From: Actinomycetota bacterium
Lineage (GTDB): Bacteria > Actinomycetota > Acidimicrobiia > Spongiisociales > UBA11373
Assembly (NCBI GenBank): GCA_043810615.1
Contig: JBDROA010000201.1
Location: 1-54,951, forward strand
DNA: 54,951 bases
Direction of reading: 5' to 3'
In this document: positions 21,826 to 32,128 of the stretch, in pieces
Layout of the letters: each line of letters begins with the position of its first letter
Position numbering within the stretch: position 1 is the stretch's first letter
Position numbers and translations under genes: made by a program
The notes under the pieces: generated by a model
Database searches by the model: none
Told to the model about the DNA's origin: nothing
The model's input: the letters and a program-made list of their open reading frames with translations, nothing else

Positions 21826-22697
21826 CCATCGCCACCCGGGGCCTGGTGAAGCGCTACGGCGATCACGTCGCCCTCGACCGCGTGGACCTCGCCGTGTCCC
21901 CGGGAATGGTGTACGGACTGGTGGGTGCCAACGGGGCGGGGAAGACCACCCTGCTCTCCATCCTGGCGGGCCTGCGCCGGCCCACCTCCGGTTCGGTCCA
22001 CGTCGAGGCCGACCGCTCCCAGGTGGCGGTCCTCCCCGACGCCCCCCGCTTCGAACCCTGGCTCACCGGGCGGGAGGTGGTCTCCCTGGCCGCCCACCTC
22101 GCCGGCCGGGGCCGGGCCCGGATCGACGAGGTGCTCGCCGGAGCCGGCCTGGCCGACGCAGCTTCTCGCCGAGTGGGCGGCTACTCGCGCGGCATGCTGC
22201 AGCGTCTCGGCATAGCCGCCACCGTGGTCCCCGAACCCCGGGTGCTGCTGCTCGACGAACCCGCCGCCGCCCTGGACCCCGGAGGCCGACGCGACGTGCT
22301 CGACCTGGTACGCCGCCTGCGGGGAGAGGCCACGGTGGTGTTCTCCAGCCACATCCTGGCCGACGTACAGGAGGTGAGCGACTGGGTGGGCATTCTCGAC
22401 CGGGGCCGACTGCTCTTCCAGGGCCCGGTGGCCGATCTGCTGGTGCACCACGCCGCTCCCACCTACCTGGTCACGGTACGCCTCGGCCTGGCCGAGGCCG
22501 AAGGCGCTCTGAGGCGCTGCCCCTGGGTCCACCGCCGGGATCGCCTCGACGACCGGACCTTGAGGGTGCGGGTGGCCTCCCTCGAAGAGGCCGAGGCCGG
22601 GTGGGCGGCCGCCCTGGCCGGTAGCGGAGCCCGGGTCGTCTCGGTCCGGCCCCAGGCCCTCACCCTGGAAGACGTCTTCCTCGAGGTGACCCGATGA
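21822..22697 (+). CDS. ABC-2 type exporter ATP-binding protein
   Basis: GANGAGKTT, YSRGMLQR, LLLDEP, SSH, LEDVFL. Confidence 0.93.
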   Translation: MTIATRGLVKRYGDHVALDRVDLAVSPGMVYGLVGANGAGKTTLLSILAGLRRPTSGSVHVEADRSQVAVLPDAPRFEPWLTGREVVSLAAHLAGRGRARIDEVLAGAGLADAASRRVGGYSRGMLQRLGIAATVVPEPRVLLLDEPAAALDPGGRRDVLDLVRRLRGEATVVFSSHILADVQEVSDWVGILDRGRLLFQGPVADLLVHHAAPTYLVTVRLGLAEAEGALRRCPWVHRRDRLDDRTLRVRVASLEEAEAGWAAALAGSGARVVSVRPQALTLEDVFLEVTR

Positions 22698-23443
22698 CCC
22701 TATGGCGCCTCGAGTGGCTCCGCCTGCTCCGCACCCGACGTCTTCTGGTGCTGGTGGGGGTCTACACCTTCTTCGGACTGCTCGGCCCACTCACCGCCCG
22801 CTACCTCCCGCAGATCATCGAGCGTTTCGGCGGGGAGATGACCGTGATCGTTCCCGACCCGGTGCCCGCCGACGGCATGGCCCAATTCGGCGCCAATGCC
22901 CAACAGGTGGGTCTGCTGGTGCTGGTGGTGATCGCCGCCGGGGCTCTCACCTTTCACGCCCTGCCTGAGATGGCCATCTTCCTCAGGACCAGGGCTCGCT
23001 CCGTCGGGCGACTCCTGGTCCCCCGGGCCGCGGTCACCTGGTGCGCCGCCGCCATCGCCCTGGTCGTGGGAACCGCGGCCGCCTGGTACGAGACCGCCAT
23101 CCTGCTGGGAACGGTTCCGGCCGGGGCGGTACTCGCCGGGACCGCCCTGGGTCTGGTCTACCTCGCGTTCGTGGTGGGAGTGGTGGCCGCGGTGGCCGCC
23201 CGGTCCCCCGGTCTGCTGGCCACGGCAGCCGGAAGCTTGATCGCCCTGCTCGCCCTCCCCCTGCTGGGCCTGCTCAGCCCGGTGGCGCCCTGGCTGCCCA
23301 GCTACCTCGTGGGAGCGCCGGATGCCCTGGTGGCCGGACGCACCGGATTCACCGAGTACCTGGGAGCCATGGCGGTGAGCCTGGCCGCCACCGCCGGCTT
23401 GCTCGCCCTGGCAGCACGGATGGCCGGCACCCGCGAGATCTGA
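22694..23443 (+). CDS. ABC-2 type permease
   Basis: About six hydrophobic segments, coupled to the ATPase by ATGA overlap. Confidence 0.85.
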   Translation: MTLWRLEWLRLLRTRRLLVLVGVYTFFGLLGPLTARYLPQIIERFGGEMTVIVPDPVPADGMAQFGANAQQVGLLVLVVIAAGALTFHALPEMAIFLRTRARSVGRLLVPRAAVTWCAAAIALVVGTAAAWYETAILLGTVPAGAVLAGTALGLVYLAFVVGVVAAVAARSPGLLATAAGSLIALLALPLLGLLSPVAPWLPSYLVGAPDALVAGRTGFTEYLGAMAVSLAATAGLLALAARMAGTREI

Positions 23444-23530
23444 CCCGGTCCCGATGCCGTCATCGGCGCCCGCTTCCCGGGGGTCCGTCTGGGGGGCCGC
23501 AGCGATGCCGGAGTCGCCTTGGGTAACCGG

Positions 23531-24685
23531 TCAGGCCGACCCCACCATTGCCCCCGCTGCGGCCGGGGCCTCGTCTGCCCCCCGCCGCGTCTCCCAGGCG
23601 CCTATGGCGAAAGCCCCCAGGCCCACCAACAGCGGGACCAGGTAGAGCAGGGCGGCCGCCAGGGAGAGCAGCCACATCCCGCCCCGCCAGAGCAGCGCCC
23701 CCACCACGAACCCACCCAGCATCCCGCCCCGGCCGCCCAGCAGGCGTTCCCCGGCGGCGGCCACCGCCGGGGTCGGGCCCACGAAGAGGCCCACCACCCA
23801 GAAAAGCAGGATGAGAACGGCCACCGGCAGCCCCACCAGGGTGAGGAACAAGGGGAGGGCCACGATGGGCGGCACCACCAGCACCCCCAGGCCGACCAGG
23901 GCGGAGCGCCTGGGGCGCTCCCGGGCCACCCGCACCGCGCGCGGGGCGGTCCCCCGAAACACCCAGAACACAGCCACCCCGGCCACGACGAACCCCAGCA
24001 CCGACAGCCACCCGACCAGGCGGGTCAGCGCCTTGGCCCAGACCGGGGCCAGCACCTCGGCCCGCACCAGGGACCCGCCCACCGTGGCCGCGTCGGAGAC
24101 CCGCACATCGTCGCTGGCCCGGAAGGTGACGTCCCCGGCCACGCGGGCGGCGTCGCCGAGCACCATGTCGTCCACCCGGGCCGCCACGTCGCGCCCCACC
24201 TGGCCGTCCACGGTGAGCCGCCAGGCCTGCGCCCGCACGTCACGGCCCACGCTGCCGGTCACTTCGGCAGAGCCGCCGATGACCAGAACGTCCCGGGCCA
24301 CCTCGCCGCCCACCCGGGCCTCACCCACGAAGGCGCTCAGGTCGGCGCCGATCCGGCCCCCCGCCTCCAGGCGCACCGCCGCGAGCAGCACCGACTCCCC
24401 CACCTCGCCGGAGATCCGCACCGGACCGCCGACCAGGCCGACGACGTCGCCCTCCACCGTCCCGGTGATGATCACCTCCCCGGTGAGCACCACCAGATCG
24501 CCCTGCACCACCCCTTCCACAATGGTGCGCCCACCCACGGCGTAGAGGTCCTCGGCGACCAGGTCGTCGGCGGTGACGATGACCTGGTTGGCGGTGCGGA
24601 TGCTCCCCAGCAGAGGGCCGGCGGGCAGGGCAATGCCCCCGGCGAGCAGGAGGATCCCTACCAGTCTCCTAAAGAGGAAGGGCAT
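23531..24685 (-). CDS. Membrane protein with bactofilin-like (polymer-forming) beta-helix repeats
   Basis: N-terminal hydrophobic segment, repeated GxVxGD(L/V)/RDV units, C-terminal multi-TM region; overlaps the nuoN 3' end. Confidence 0.75.
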   Translation of the reverse strand: MPFLFRRLVGILLLAGGIALPAGPLLGSIRTANQVIVTADDLVAEDLYAVGGRTIVEGVVQGDLVVLTGEVIITGTVEGDVVGLVGGPVRISGEVGESVLLAAVRLEAGGRIGADLSAFVGEARVGGEVARDVLVIGGSAEVTGSVGRDVRAQAWRLTVDGQVGRDVAARVDDMVLGDAARVAGDVTFRASDDVRVSDAATVGGSLVRAEVLAPVWAKALTRLVGWLSVLGFVVAGVAVFWVFRGTAPRAVRVARERPRRSALVGLGVLVVPPIVALPLFLTLVGLPVAVLILLFWVVGLFVGPTPAVAAAGERLLGGRGGMLGGFVVGALLWRGGMWLLSLAAALLYLVPLLVGLGAFAIGAWETRRGADEAPAAAGAMVGSA

Positions 24686-26135
24686 CGCGCAGCACCTCGA
24701 GCAACGGCCAAGGAGCGATGCCGAACACCAGCGTGGCCGCGGCGGCCACCGCCAGCACGACGCGGGCCCCCCAGCCCACCGCCGGCCCGGCGGGCACCTC
24801 GGCCGCCTCCTCCGAATCGGAGAGGTACATGGCCACGATCACCCGCAGGTAGAAGAAGAGGCCGGCCACGGTGGCCAGCACCGCCACGATCACCAGCCAC
24901 AGGTAGCCGGCATCGATGGCGGAGCGGAACACCGCCACCTTCCCGGCGAACCCGGCGGTGAGGGGGATCCCCGCCATGGCCAGGAGCATCAGGGACATCG
25001 CCGCCGCCAGCCACGGGGCGCGGCGCCCCAACCCGGCCCAATGTGACATAGGGGACCGCCCGGCACCGTCGCCCGACACCACCGCGGCCACGGTGAAGGA
25101 GCCGAGCACCTGGACGGCGTACGTGGCCAGGTAGAACCACATGTCGCCGATGCCGCTACGCCCGGCCACCAGGGCGGTGAGGATGAAGCCGGCGTGGGCC
25201 ACCGAGGAGTAGGCCAGCAGGCGCTTCACGTCGTCCTGAGCGATGGCCAGGAGCGTCCCCACCACGACCGACAACGCGGCGAGCGCGGCCACCGCCGGCA
25301 CCCAGTCGTCGGCCCGAGCCCCCAGGGCGCCGGTGAGCACCCGGGCCAAGGCGGCGAACCCGGCCACCTTGGCGGAGGCGGCGAGAAACCCGGTGATCCC
25401 TCCCGGCGCCCCCTGGTACACGTCGGGAGCCCACACGTGGAAGGGGGCGGCCGACACCTTGAAAGCCATCCCCACCAGCAGCAGCGCCAGGCCGGCGAGC
25501 AGCACCCCCGGCCGGAAGATGATGGTGTCCGCCAGGTAGTCGGCGATGCCGCCGATGCCGTAGATGGTCGTGGACCCGGTGGCGGCGAAGACCAGGGCCA
25601 CCCCGTACAGGAAGACCGCTGAGGCGAAGGCCCCGAGCAGAAAGTACTTGAGCGAGGCCTCGTCGGCATCCTTGCGCTCCCGGGTGAAGCCGGTGAGCAC
25701 ATAGAGGCTGATCGAGAAGATCTCCAGGCCGATGAACAGCATGATGAGGTCGGCGGAGGCGGCCATCAGGTGAGCCCCCGTCGCCGCCAGCATCACCAGG
25801 GCGACGAACTCGGCGCCGCGCCGCCGCTGCGAGGCCGCCAGGCGCCAGGCCGACATCAGCCCCAGGCCGGCCAGGGGGAACACCAGCATCCCCGCCAGGG
25901 CGGAGAAGCCGTCCACGGCGATCATCTCGTGCCAGAACACCCCGGCGTCGGAGCCCCGGCCGGCCACCCACTGCCAGGCGGAGAGCGCCGCCCCGGCGGC
26001 CAGGCCGGCCCCGGCGATCGCTCCCCACACCGCGGCGCGGGGCTTGAAGGTCACCTCGACCATCAGCAGGAGCACCACCGCCGCAACCACGGCGACCTCG
26101 GGGGCCACCGACAGGAAGGTGAGCGAGACGTTCAC
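24669..26135 (-). CDS. nuoN: NADH-quinone oxidoreductase subunit N (operon 2)
   Basis: EASLKYFLLG, FKVSAAPFHVWAPDVYQGAP. Confidence 0.95.
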   Translation of the reverse strand: MNVSLTFLSVAPEVAVVAAVVLLLMVEVTFKPRAAVWGAIAGAGLAAGAALSAWQWVAGRGSDAGVFWHEMIAVDGFSALAGMLVFPLAGLGLMSAWRLAASQRRRGAEFVALVMLAATGAHLMAASADLIMLFIGLEIFSISLYVLTGFTRERKDADEASLKYFLLGAFASAVFLYGVALVFAATGSTTIYGIGGIADYLADTIIFRPGVLLAGLALLLVGMAFKVSAAPFHVWAPDVYQGAPGGITGFLAASAKVAGFAALARVLTGALGARADDWVPAVAALAALSVVVGTLLAIAQDDVKRLLAYSSVAHAGFILTALVAGRSGIGDMWFYLATYAVQVLGSFTVAAVVSGDGAGRSPMSHWAGLGRRAPWLAAAMSLMLLAMAGIPLTAGFAGKVAVFRSAIDAGYLWLVIVAVLATVAGLFFYLRVIVAMYLSDSEEAAEVPAGPAVGWGARVVLAVAAAATLVFGIAPWPLLEVLRDALPL

Positions 26136-27676
26136 GGCTGCACCTCCGCGGCCGGCAGGTCGGCCTCGGTGCCGAACTGCGGCACCTCATACTCGGTGGT
26201 CATCTCGATGCGGTCCAAGATGCCCTGCACCGCCGGTTCCACCCGATCCAGGGCCGGCTTGGGGAAGATGCCCAGGAAGAGGACCAGCGCCAGGATCGGC
26301 ACCAGCAAGGCCACCTCACGGAACCCCAGGTCGCGCAGGCCCCGATTGGCCTCCGCGGTGATCGGGCCGGTGAACATCCGCTGGTAGGCCCACAGCAGGT
26401 ATACCGCGGCCAGGACCACCCCCAGGGAAGCGGCGATGGCGAACCCCGGCAGCGACAGATAGGAGCCCAGCAGCACCAGGAACTCCCCCACGAACCCGTT
26501 GAGCGGGGGGAGGCCGATGGAGGCCAGCGCCGTGAAGAGGAAGATCCCGGCAAACACCGGCATCACCGCGGCCAGGCCGCCGTAGTCGGCGATGGCGCGG
26601 GTGTGCCGCCGCTCGTAGATCATCCCCACCAGGAGGAAGAGGGCGCCGGTAGTGAGGCCGTGGTTCACCATCTGGATGACCCCGCCCTGGAGGCCCTGGG
26701 TGGTGAGGGCGAAGATGCCCAGGACCACGAAGCCCAGGTGGCTGACCGACGAGTACGCCACCAGGCGCTTGATGTCCTTCTGCACCGTGGCCACCACCCC
26801 CCCGTAGATGATGCCGATGACCGCCAGCACCGCCAGCACCGGCACCAGGTCCACCGTGGCCTCGGGGAACAGAGTGAGGTTGAAGCGGATCAGGCCGTAG
26901 GCCCCCATCTTCAGCAGCACCCCGGCCAGGATCACCGACCCGGCGGTGGGGGCCTCGACGTGGGCGTCGGGGAGCCAGGTGTGGAACGGGAACAGGGGCA
27001 CCTTGATGCCGAAGGACAGGGCGAAGGCCCCGAACAGCCAGAACTGAACGGCCCGGCTCAGGTCGACGCCGAGCATTTCGACGAAGTCGAAGGAGGGCCG
27101 CCCCAACTGGTCGCCAGCGAGGAGGGCCAGGGCCAGGATGCCGGCGAGCATGAGGGCCGAGCCCAGAGCGGTGAACAGGAAGAACTTCACCGCGGCGTAC
27201 ACCCGCCGCTCCCCGCCCCAGATCCCGATGATGAAGTACATCGGGACCAGCATCACCTCCCAGAAGGCGAAGAAGACCAGCAGGTCGAGGGCGACGAACA
27301 CTCCGAGGATCCCCGCCTCCAGGAAGAGCATCGAGGCGAAGTACCCCTTCACCCGGGTGGTGATGGCGGTGCTGGCCACCAGGGCGATGGGGAAGAGGAA
27401 TGCGGTGAGCAGCACCATGAGCAGGGAGATGCCGTCCACTCCCAGGTGGTAGGAGACCCCCCAGGGCTCGTACCAGGTGACCTGCTCCTCGAATTGGAAC
27501 CCGGCCGGGCCCACCTCGAAGGAAGCGAGCAGCCAGCAAGCCGCCCCCAGGGTCAGCAGGCTCAGCGCCACCGCCACCGGCAGCACCAGTTCCCCGCGAC
27601 GCCGGGGCAGGGCGAGGACGATCAGGCCCGCCACCGCGGGGAGGAGGACGATGGTGGAGAGGATGGGGAAGTCCAC
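26132..27676 (-). CDS. nuoM: NADH-quinone oxidoreductase subunit M (operon 2)
   Basis: GVDGIS, IKVPLFPFHTWLPDAHVEAPT. Confidence 0.95.
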   Translation of the reverse strand: MDFPILSTIVLLPAVAGLIVLALPRRRGELVLPVAVALSLLTLGAACWLLASFEVGPAGFQFEEQVTWYEPWGVSYHLGVDGISLLMVLLTAFLFPIALVASTAITTRVKGYFASMLFLEAGILGVFVALDLLVFFAFWEVMLVPMYFIIGIWGGERRVYAAVKFFLFTALGSALMLAGILALALLAGDQLGRPSFDFVEMLGVDLSRAVQFWLFGAFALSFGIKVPLFPFHTWLPDAHVEAPTAGSVILAGVLLKMGAYGLIRFNLTLFPEATVDLVPVLAVLAVIGIIYGGVVATVQKDIKRLVAYSSVSHLGFVVLGIFALTTQGLQGGVIQMVNHGLTTGALFLLVGMIYERRHTRAIADYGGLAAVMPVFAGIFLFTALASIGLPPLNGFVGEFLVLLGSYLSLPGFAIAASLGVVLAAVYLLWAYQRMFTGPITAEANRGLRDLGFREVALLVPILALVLFLGIFPKPALDRVEPAVQGILDRIEMTTEYEVPQFGTEADLPAAEVQP

Positions 27677-29557
27677 TCAGAACCCTCCTCGCGACAGGAA
27701 CCAGGCGAGCAGGGCCACCGTCCCGGCCACGATGCCCAGGCCGTACTGGCGCACGAAACCGGTCTGCAGCGGCCGCAGGCGCTCCCCCACGGTGCGCACC
27801 AGCACTCCCACCCCGTTCACCAGGCCGTCGACGCCCTTCTGGTCCACCGTGTCGGCGGTGAAGCGGGCGGCGGCCTCGCCCCCGGCGGCGAAGACCCGGG
27901 CGTAGCCCTCGTCCACCCGGTAGCCGCGGCGCACCAGGTCCCAGGCCGGCCCCTCTTCGGCGGGCCGGCGGCCCCGCAGGTAGGCGGCGGCGGCGAGGAG
28001 GATGCCCATCAGGGCCACCCCTGCCGAGACGATGGCCAGCACCACCTGCGTCCCTCCCGCCGGCAGGTGAGCCAGGTCGAGGCCCTCGAAGGCCGGCTCC
28101 AGGAAGTGCTCCAGGCCGGGGCGCCAGGGGGTGTTCACCACCCCGCCGGCCAGGGCGAGGACGGCGAGGGCGGCCAGGGGCCCGGTCATCACCCACGGGG
28201 CCTCGTGCGGGTGGGCCCCCTCGGCCCAGCGCGGCTGCCCGAAGAAGGTCAGGTAGATCATCCGGCTCATGTAGAAGGCGGTGAGCAGAGCCGTCAGCAG
28301 GCCCAGCGCCCAGATGACCCGCCAGGCCCCGCCCCGGGCGAACAGGGTGGCCAGGATCTCGTCCTTCGACCAGAACCCCGACAGGGGCGGGATGCCCGAG
28401 ATGGCCAGCCAGGCCACCGCCATGGTGAGGGCGGTCACCGGCAGTTTGCGCCACAGGCCCCCCATGCGCCGCAGGTCCTGCTCTCCGGCCAGGGCGTGGA
28501 TCACCGCCCCGGCACCCAGGAAGAGCAGGGCCTTGAAGAAGGCGTGGGTGGTGAGGTGGAACATGCCGGCCACGTAGGCCCCGGCCCCCACCCCGGCGAA
28601 CATGTAGCCCAGTTGGCTGATGGTGGAGTAGGCCAGCACCCGCTTGATGTCGTGCTGGGCCACGGCGATGGTGGCGGCATACAGAGCCGTGCCGATGCCC
28701 ACCGCGGCCACCACCGCGGCCGAGGCCGGTGCCAGGTCGAACAGGGCCCCGGTGCGGGCCACCATGAACACCCCGGCGGTCACCATGGTGGCGGCGTGGA
28801 TGAGCGCCGACACCGGGGTGGGACCCTCCATGGCGTCGGGGAGCCACACGTACAGGGGGAACTGGGCCGACTTGCCCGCCGCCCCCATCAGCAGGAGCAG
28901 GGTGATGACGGTGGCCATCCCCGTGGTCAGTTCCGTTGAGGCCCGGCCCAGCACCTCCTCATAGCCGAGCGAGCCAAAGGTGGCGAACACCAGCATGAGC
29001 GCCACCAGGAAGCCGGCGTCGCCCACCCGGTTCACCACGAAGGCCTTCTTCCCGGCCGCCGCCGCCACGGGCTTCTCGAACCAGAAGGAGATCAGCAGGT
29101 AGGAGCAGAGGCCCACCAGTTCCCAGCCCACGAAGAGCAGGGCGAACCCATCGGCCAGGACCAGGATCAGCATCGAGGCCACGAAGAGGTTCATGTAGGC
29201 GAAGAAGCGCCCGAACCGGGGGTCGCCCTTCATATACCCGATCGAGTACAGGTGGATGAGGGCGCCCACCCCGGTGACCACCAGCGCCATCAAAGCGGAC
29301 AGCGGGTCCCACAGAAGCCCGGCCCGCACCCCGAGGGGGCTCAGCCAGTCGAACCAGGGGATGTGGAGCGCCTCGCCGGTCCCGGCGAGGAAGCCCCAGC
29401 CCGCCGACCCGGCGAGGACGAAGCCGGCACCCACGGTGAGGGTGCCCAGCACCCCGGCCCAGGGCTCCCGCAGGCGGCGGCCCCCGGCGAGCAGCAGGAC
29501 GCTGCCTCCCAACGGGAGGAGAATGAGCAGGGAGACCATCACCTCGCTCGCCTCCAT
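27677..29557 (-). CDS. nuoL: NADH-quinone oxidoreductase subunit L (operon 2)
   Basis: GKSAQFPLYVWLPDAMEGPTPVSALIHAATMV. Confidence 0.95.
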   Translation of the reverse strand: MEASEVMVSLLILLPLGGSVLLLAGGRRLREPWAGVLGTLTVGAGFVLAGSAGWGFLAGTGEALHIPWFDWLSPLGVRAGLLWDPLSALMALVVTGVGALIHLYSIGYMKGDPRFGRFFAYMNLFVASMLILVLADGFALLFVGWELVGLCSYLLISFWFEKPVAAAAGKKAFVVNRVGDAGFLVALMLVFATFGSLGYEEVLGRASTELTTGMATVITLLLLMGAAGKSAQFPLYVWLPDAMEGPTPVSALIHAATMVTAGVFMVARTGALFDLAPASAAVVAAVGIGTALYAATIAVAQHDIKRVLAYSTISQLGYMFAGVGAGAYVAGMFHLTTHAFFKALLFLGAGAVIHALAGEQDLRRMGGLWRKLPVTALTMAVAWLAISGIPPLSGFWSKDEILATLFARGGAWRVIWALGLLTALLTAFYMSRMIYLTFFGQPRWAEGAHPHEAPWVMTGPLAALAVLALAGGVVNTPWRPGLEHFLEPAFEGLDLAHLPAGGTQVVLAIVSAGVALMGILLAAAAYLRGRRPAEEGPAWDLVRRGYRVDEGYARVFAAGGEAAARFTADTVDQKGVDGLVNGVGVLVRTVGERLRPLQTGFVRQYGLGIVAGTVALLAWFLSRGGF

Positions 29558-29560
29558 CGC

Positions 29561-29866
29561 CTATCCCTTCAGCCCGGACAACTCGTCCACCGACGCGGTG
29601 GCCCGCCGGCGGAACACGGTCACGATGATCGCCAGGCCCACCACCACCTCGGCGGCGGCCACCACCATCACGAAGAACACCGCCGCCTGGCCGTCGAGGA
29701 CACCCAACTGCCGTCCGGCGGCCACGAAGGAGAGGTTGGCGGCGTTGAGCATCAACTCCACCGACATGAACATCACCAAGGCGTTGCGCCGCAGCAGAAT
29801 GCCCGCCGCCCCGATGACGAAGAGCAGCGCCGCCAGCGCCAGGTACCAGCCCGGGGTGACGGTCAT
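29561..29866 (-). CDS. nuoK: NADH-quinone oxidoreductase subunit K (operon 2)
   Basis: [24 protein letters not shown]. Confidence 0.95.
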   Translation of the reverse strand: MTVTPGWYLALAALLFVIGAAGILLRRNALVMFMSVELMLNAANLSFVAAGRQLGVLDGQAAVFFVMVVAAAEVVVGLAIIVTVFRRRATASVDELSGLKG

Positions 29867-30396
29867 GCCGTCTCCTCCTCGTCGGGCGACTCCTCGCCGG
29901 CATGGTGAAACAGGCCCAGAGCGACGGTCCCGGCGGCAGCGATGATGAGCAGCAGAGCGGTGAGCTCGAAGGGGAGCACCCAGCGGCGGAAGATCTCGCT
30001 GCCCAGGGCCTCCACTGTGCCCTCGTCGCCCCCCCCTGCCGCCGGACCGGTTACCCAGGTGAAGCGGCCGGCCGCCAACACCGCCGCGCCGAACAGGGCG
30101 AGCAGACCCAGGGCCAGGGGGCGCTGCACCGGCAGGTTCTCCTTGCGGTCCTCCGCCCGGTCCACCCCCACGAGCATGATCACGAAGAGGAACAGGGTCA
30201 TGACCGCCCCGGCGTAGACGATCACCTGGACCGCGGCCACGAAGTGGGCCCCGTTGGATACGTAGAAGACGGCCACCGAGAACAGGGTGAGCATCAGCCC
30301 CAGGGCCGAGTAGACGGGGTTGCGAGCCCACACCGTGGTCACCGCCCCGAAGACGGCCGCCAGGGCGAAGACGACGAAGAGCACCAACTCCACCAT
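29863..30396 (-). CDS. nuoJ: NADH-quinone oxidoreductase subunit J (operon 2)
   Basis: [25 protein letters not shown]. Confidence 0.94.
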   Translation of the reverse strand: MVELVLFVVFALAAVFGAVTTVWARNPVYSALGLMLTLFSVAVFYVSNGAHFVAAVQVIVYAGAVMTLFLFVIMLVGVDRAEDRKENLPVQRPLALGLLALFGAAVLAAGRFTWVTGPAAGGGDEGTVEALGSEIFRRWVLPFELTALLLIIAAAGTVALGLFHHAGEESPDEEETA

Positions 30397-31016
30397 TAAC
30401 CCTCCCCCTCCTCTCCTGCCGGGGTCGCCGACTGGCCTCGCTCCGCCGGGGGCAGGCCCCGGCCGGCGATGGGAGTCCAGGCGACCAAGCCCTCATAGGC
30501 GGCGCGCCCCGAAGGGGCCGTGGCCCGCATCCAGCCGTCGGGCCGGCGCAGCTCGTCGAGGTCCACCAGCGGCCCGGCGGGCTGGGGGTGGGGCACGTTG
30601 CCCTCGCCATCCATCAGCAGCTCGCCCCGGGTGTACATGGCGTCGCGGCGGTGGGTGACCGACATCTCGAACAGGTGGGACATCGTGACGGCCTCAGTCG
30701 GGCAGGCCTCCACGCACAGCCCGCAGAAGATGCAGCGCAGCAGGTTGATCTCGTACACGTACCCATAGCGCTCCCCCGGGCTGACCGGGGTTTCGGGGGG
30801 ATTCTCCCTGGCGCGCACGTAGATGCAACGAGCGGGGCACACCCCGGCGCACAGTTCGCACCCGATGCACTTCTCCATGCCGTCGGGGTAGCGGTTGAGC
30901 ACATGGCGGCCGTGGAACCGGGTGGGCTTGGCCCGCTTCTCCTCGGGGTACGAGATGGTCACCCGGCGCCGGAAGATCTGGCGCAGGGTGACGGCGAAGC
31001 CGGAGAAGGCGCCCAT
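30396..31016 (-). CDS. nuoI: NADH-quinone oxidoreductase subunit I (operon 2)
   Basis: [12 protein letters not shown] and [12 protein letters not shown]. Confidence 0.95.
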   Translation of the reverse strand: MGAFSGFAVTLRQIFRRRVTISYPEEKRAKPTRFHGRHVLNRYPDGMEKCIGCELCAGVCPARCIYVRARENPPETPVSPGERYGYVYEINLLRCIFCGLCVEACPTEAVTMSHLFEMSVTHRRDAMYTRGELLMDGEGNVPHPQPAGPLVDLDELRRPDGWMRATAPSGRAAYEGLVAWTPIAGRGLPPAERGQSATPAGEEGEG

Positions 31017-32128
31017 CAGCCCAGGGCCTCCGACCACGGCGCCCCCCAGCTGCGCAATGCGGTCACCAGGGCGAAGAGCATGAGCCAGACCAGGGCGAGG
31101 GGGATCAGCCGCTTCCAGCCCAGGTCCATCAACTGGTCGTAGCGCAGCCGGGGCAGGGTGGCCCGCAGCCAGATGAAGATGAATACCAGGGCAAAGGTCT
31201 TCAGGAAGAACCAGAACAGCGGCATCACCCAGGCGATCCAGGCGGGCAGCCCGAAGTCGGGGCCCAGCCAGCCGCCGAAGAACAAAGTCACCGCCAGCGC
31301 CGAGACGTTGAACATGTTCAAGTACTCGGCCAGGTAGAACAGGGCGAAGCGGAAACCGGAGTACTCGGTGTGATAGCCGCCTACCAGTTCGGACTCGGCT
31401 TCGACCAGGTCGAAGGGGGCCCGGTTGGTCTCGGCGATGGCGGCGATGAAGTAGAGCACGAACGAGGGTGCCAGCCAGAAGACGAACCACCCCGGGATGA
31501 TCCAGCGGAACGACCCCTGTTGCAGTTCCACGATCCGGGAGAGCGACATGGAGCCGAGGCCCGCCTGCCCGCTCGACTGGGCCGAGGCCAGCAACACCAC
31601 CGGCACGAGGGCCAGGCCCATGGCCGCCTCGTAGGAGATCATCTGGGCAGTGGCCCGCACCCCGCCGAGCAGCGGGTACTTGGAGCCCGAGGCCCAGCCG
31701 GCGAGCACTACGGCGTACACCGCCAGCGACGACATGGCCAGCACGAAGAGCAGGGCCACGTTGAGATCGGCGACCTGCAGGGTCACCGGCGTGTCCCCGA
31801 TGTGGAAGGGGCGGCCGACCGGGATCACCAGGAAGATGAGGAAGGCGGGGACCATGGCGGCGATGGGAGCTGCCAGGTACACCCCCAGTTCCACCTTGCG
31901 GGGGATCACGGACTCCTTGAACAGCAACTTGAGCCCGTCGGCCACCGTCTGCAGCAGGCCCCAGGGCCCGGCCCGGTTGGGGCCGATGCGGTTCTGCATG
32001 TCGGCGACGATCTTGCGCTCCGCCCACACCAGCAGGATGACCACCACCAGCAGCAGAGCAAAGGCGGCCACCACCTTGACCGTGGCGGTGAACCAGACGT
32101 TGGCGAAGAGGCGCTCCAGCAGGCTCAT
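31016..32128 (-). CDS. nuoH: NADH-quinone oxidoreductase subunit H (operon 2)
   Basis: MQNRIGPNRAGP, NRAPFDLVEAESELVGGYHTEYSG. Confidence 0.96.
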   Translation of the reverse strand: MSLLERLFANVWFTATVKVVAAFALLLVVVILLVWAERKIVADMQNRIGPNRAGPWGLLQTVADGLKLLFKESVIPRKVELGVYLAAPIAAMVPAFLIFLVIPVGRPFHIGDTPVTLQVADLNVALLFVLAMSSLAVYAVVLAGWASGSKYPLLGGVRATAQMISYEAAMGLALVPVVLLASAQSSGQAGLGSMSLSRIVELQQGSFRWIIPGWFVFWLAPSFVLYFIAAIAETNRAPFDLVEAESELVGGYHTEYSGFRFALFYLAEYLNMFNVSALAVTLFFGGWLGPDFGLPAWIAWVMPLFWFFLKTFALVFIFIWLRATLPRLRYDQLMDLGWKRLIPLALVWLMLFALVTALRSWGAPWSEALG

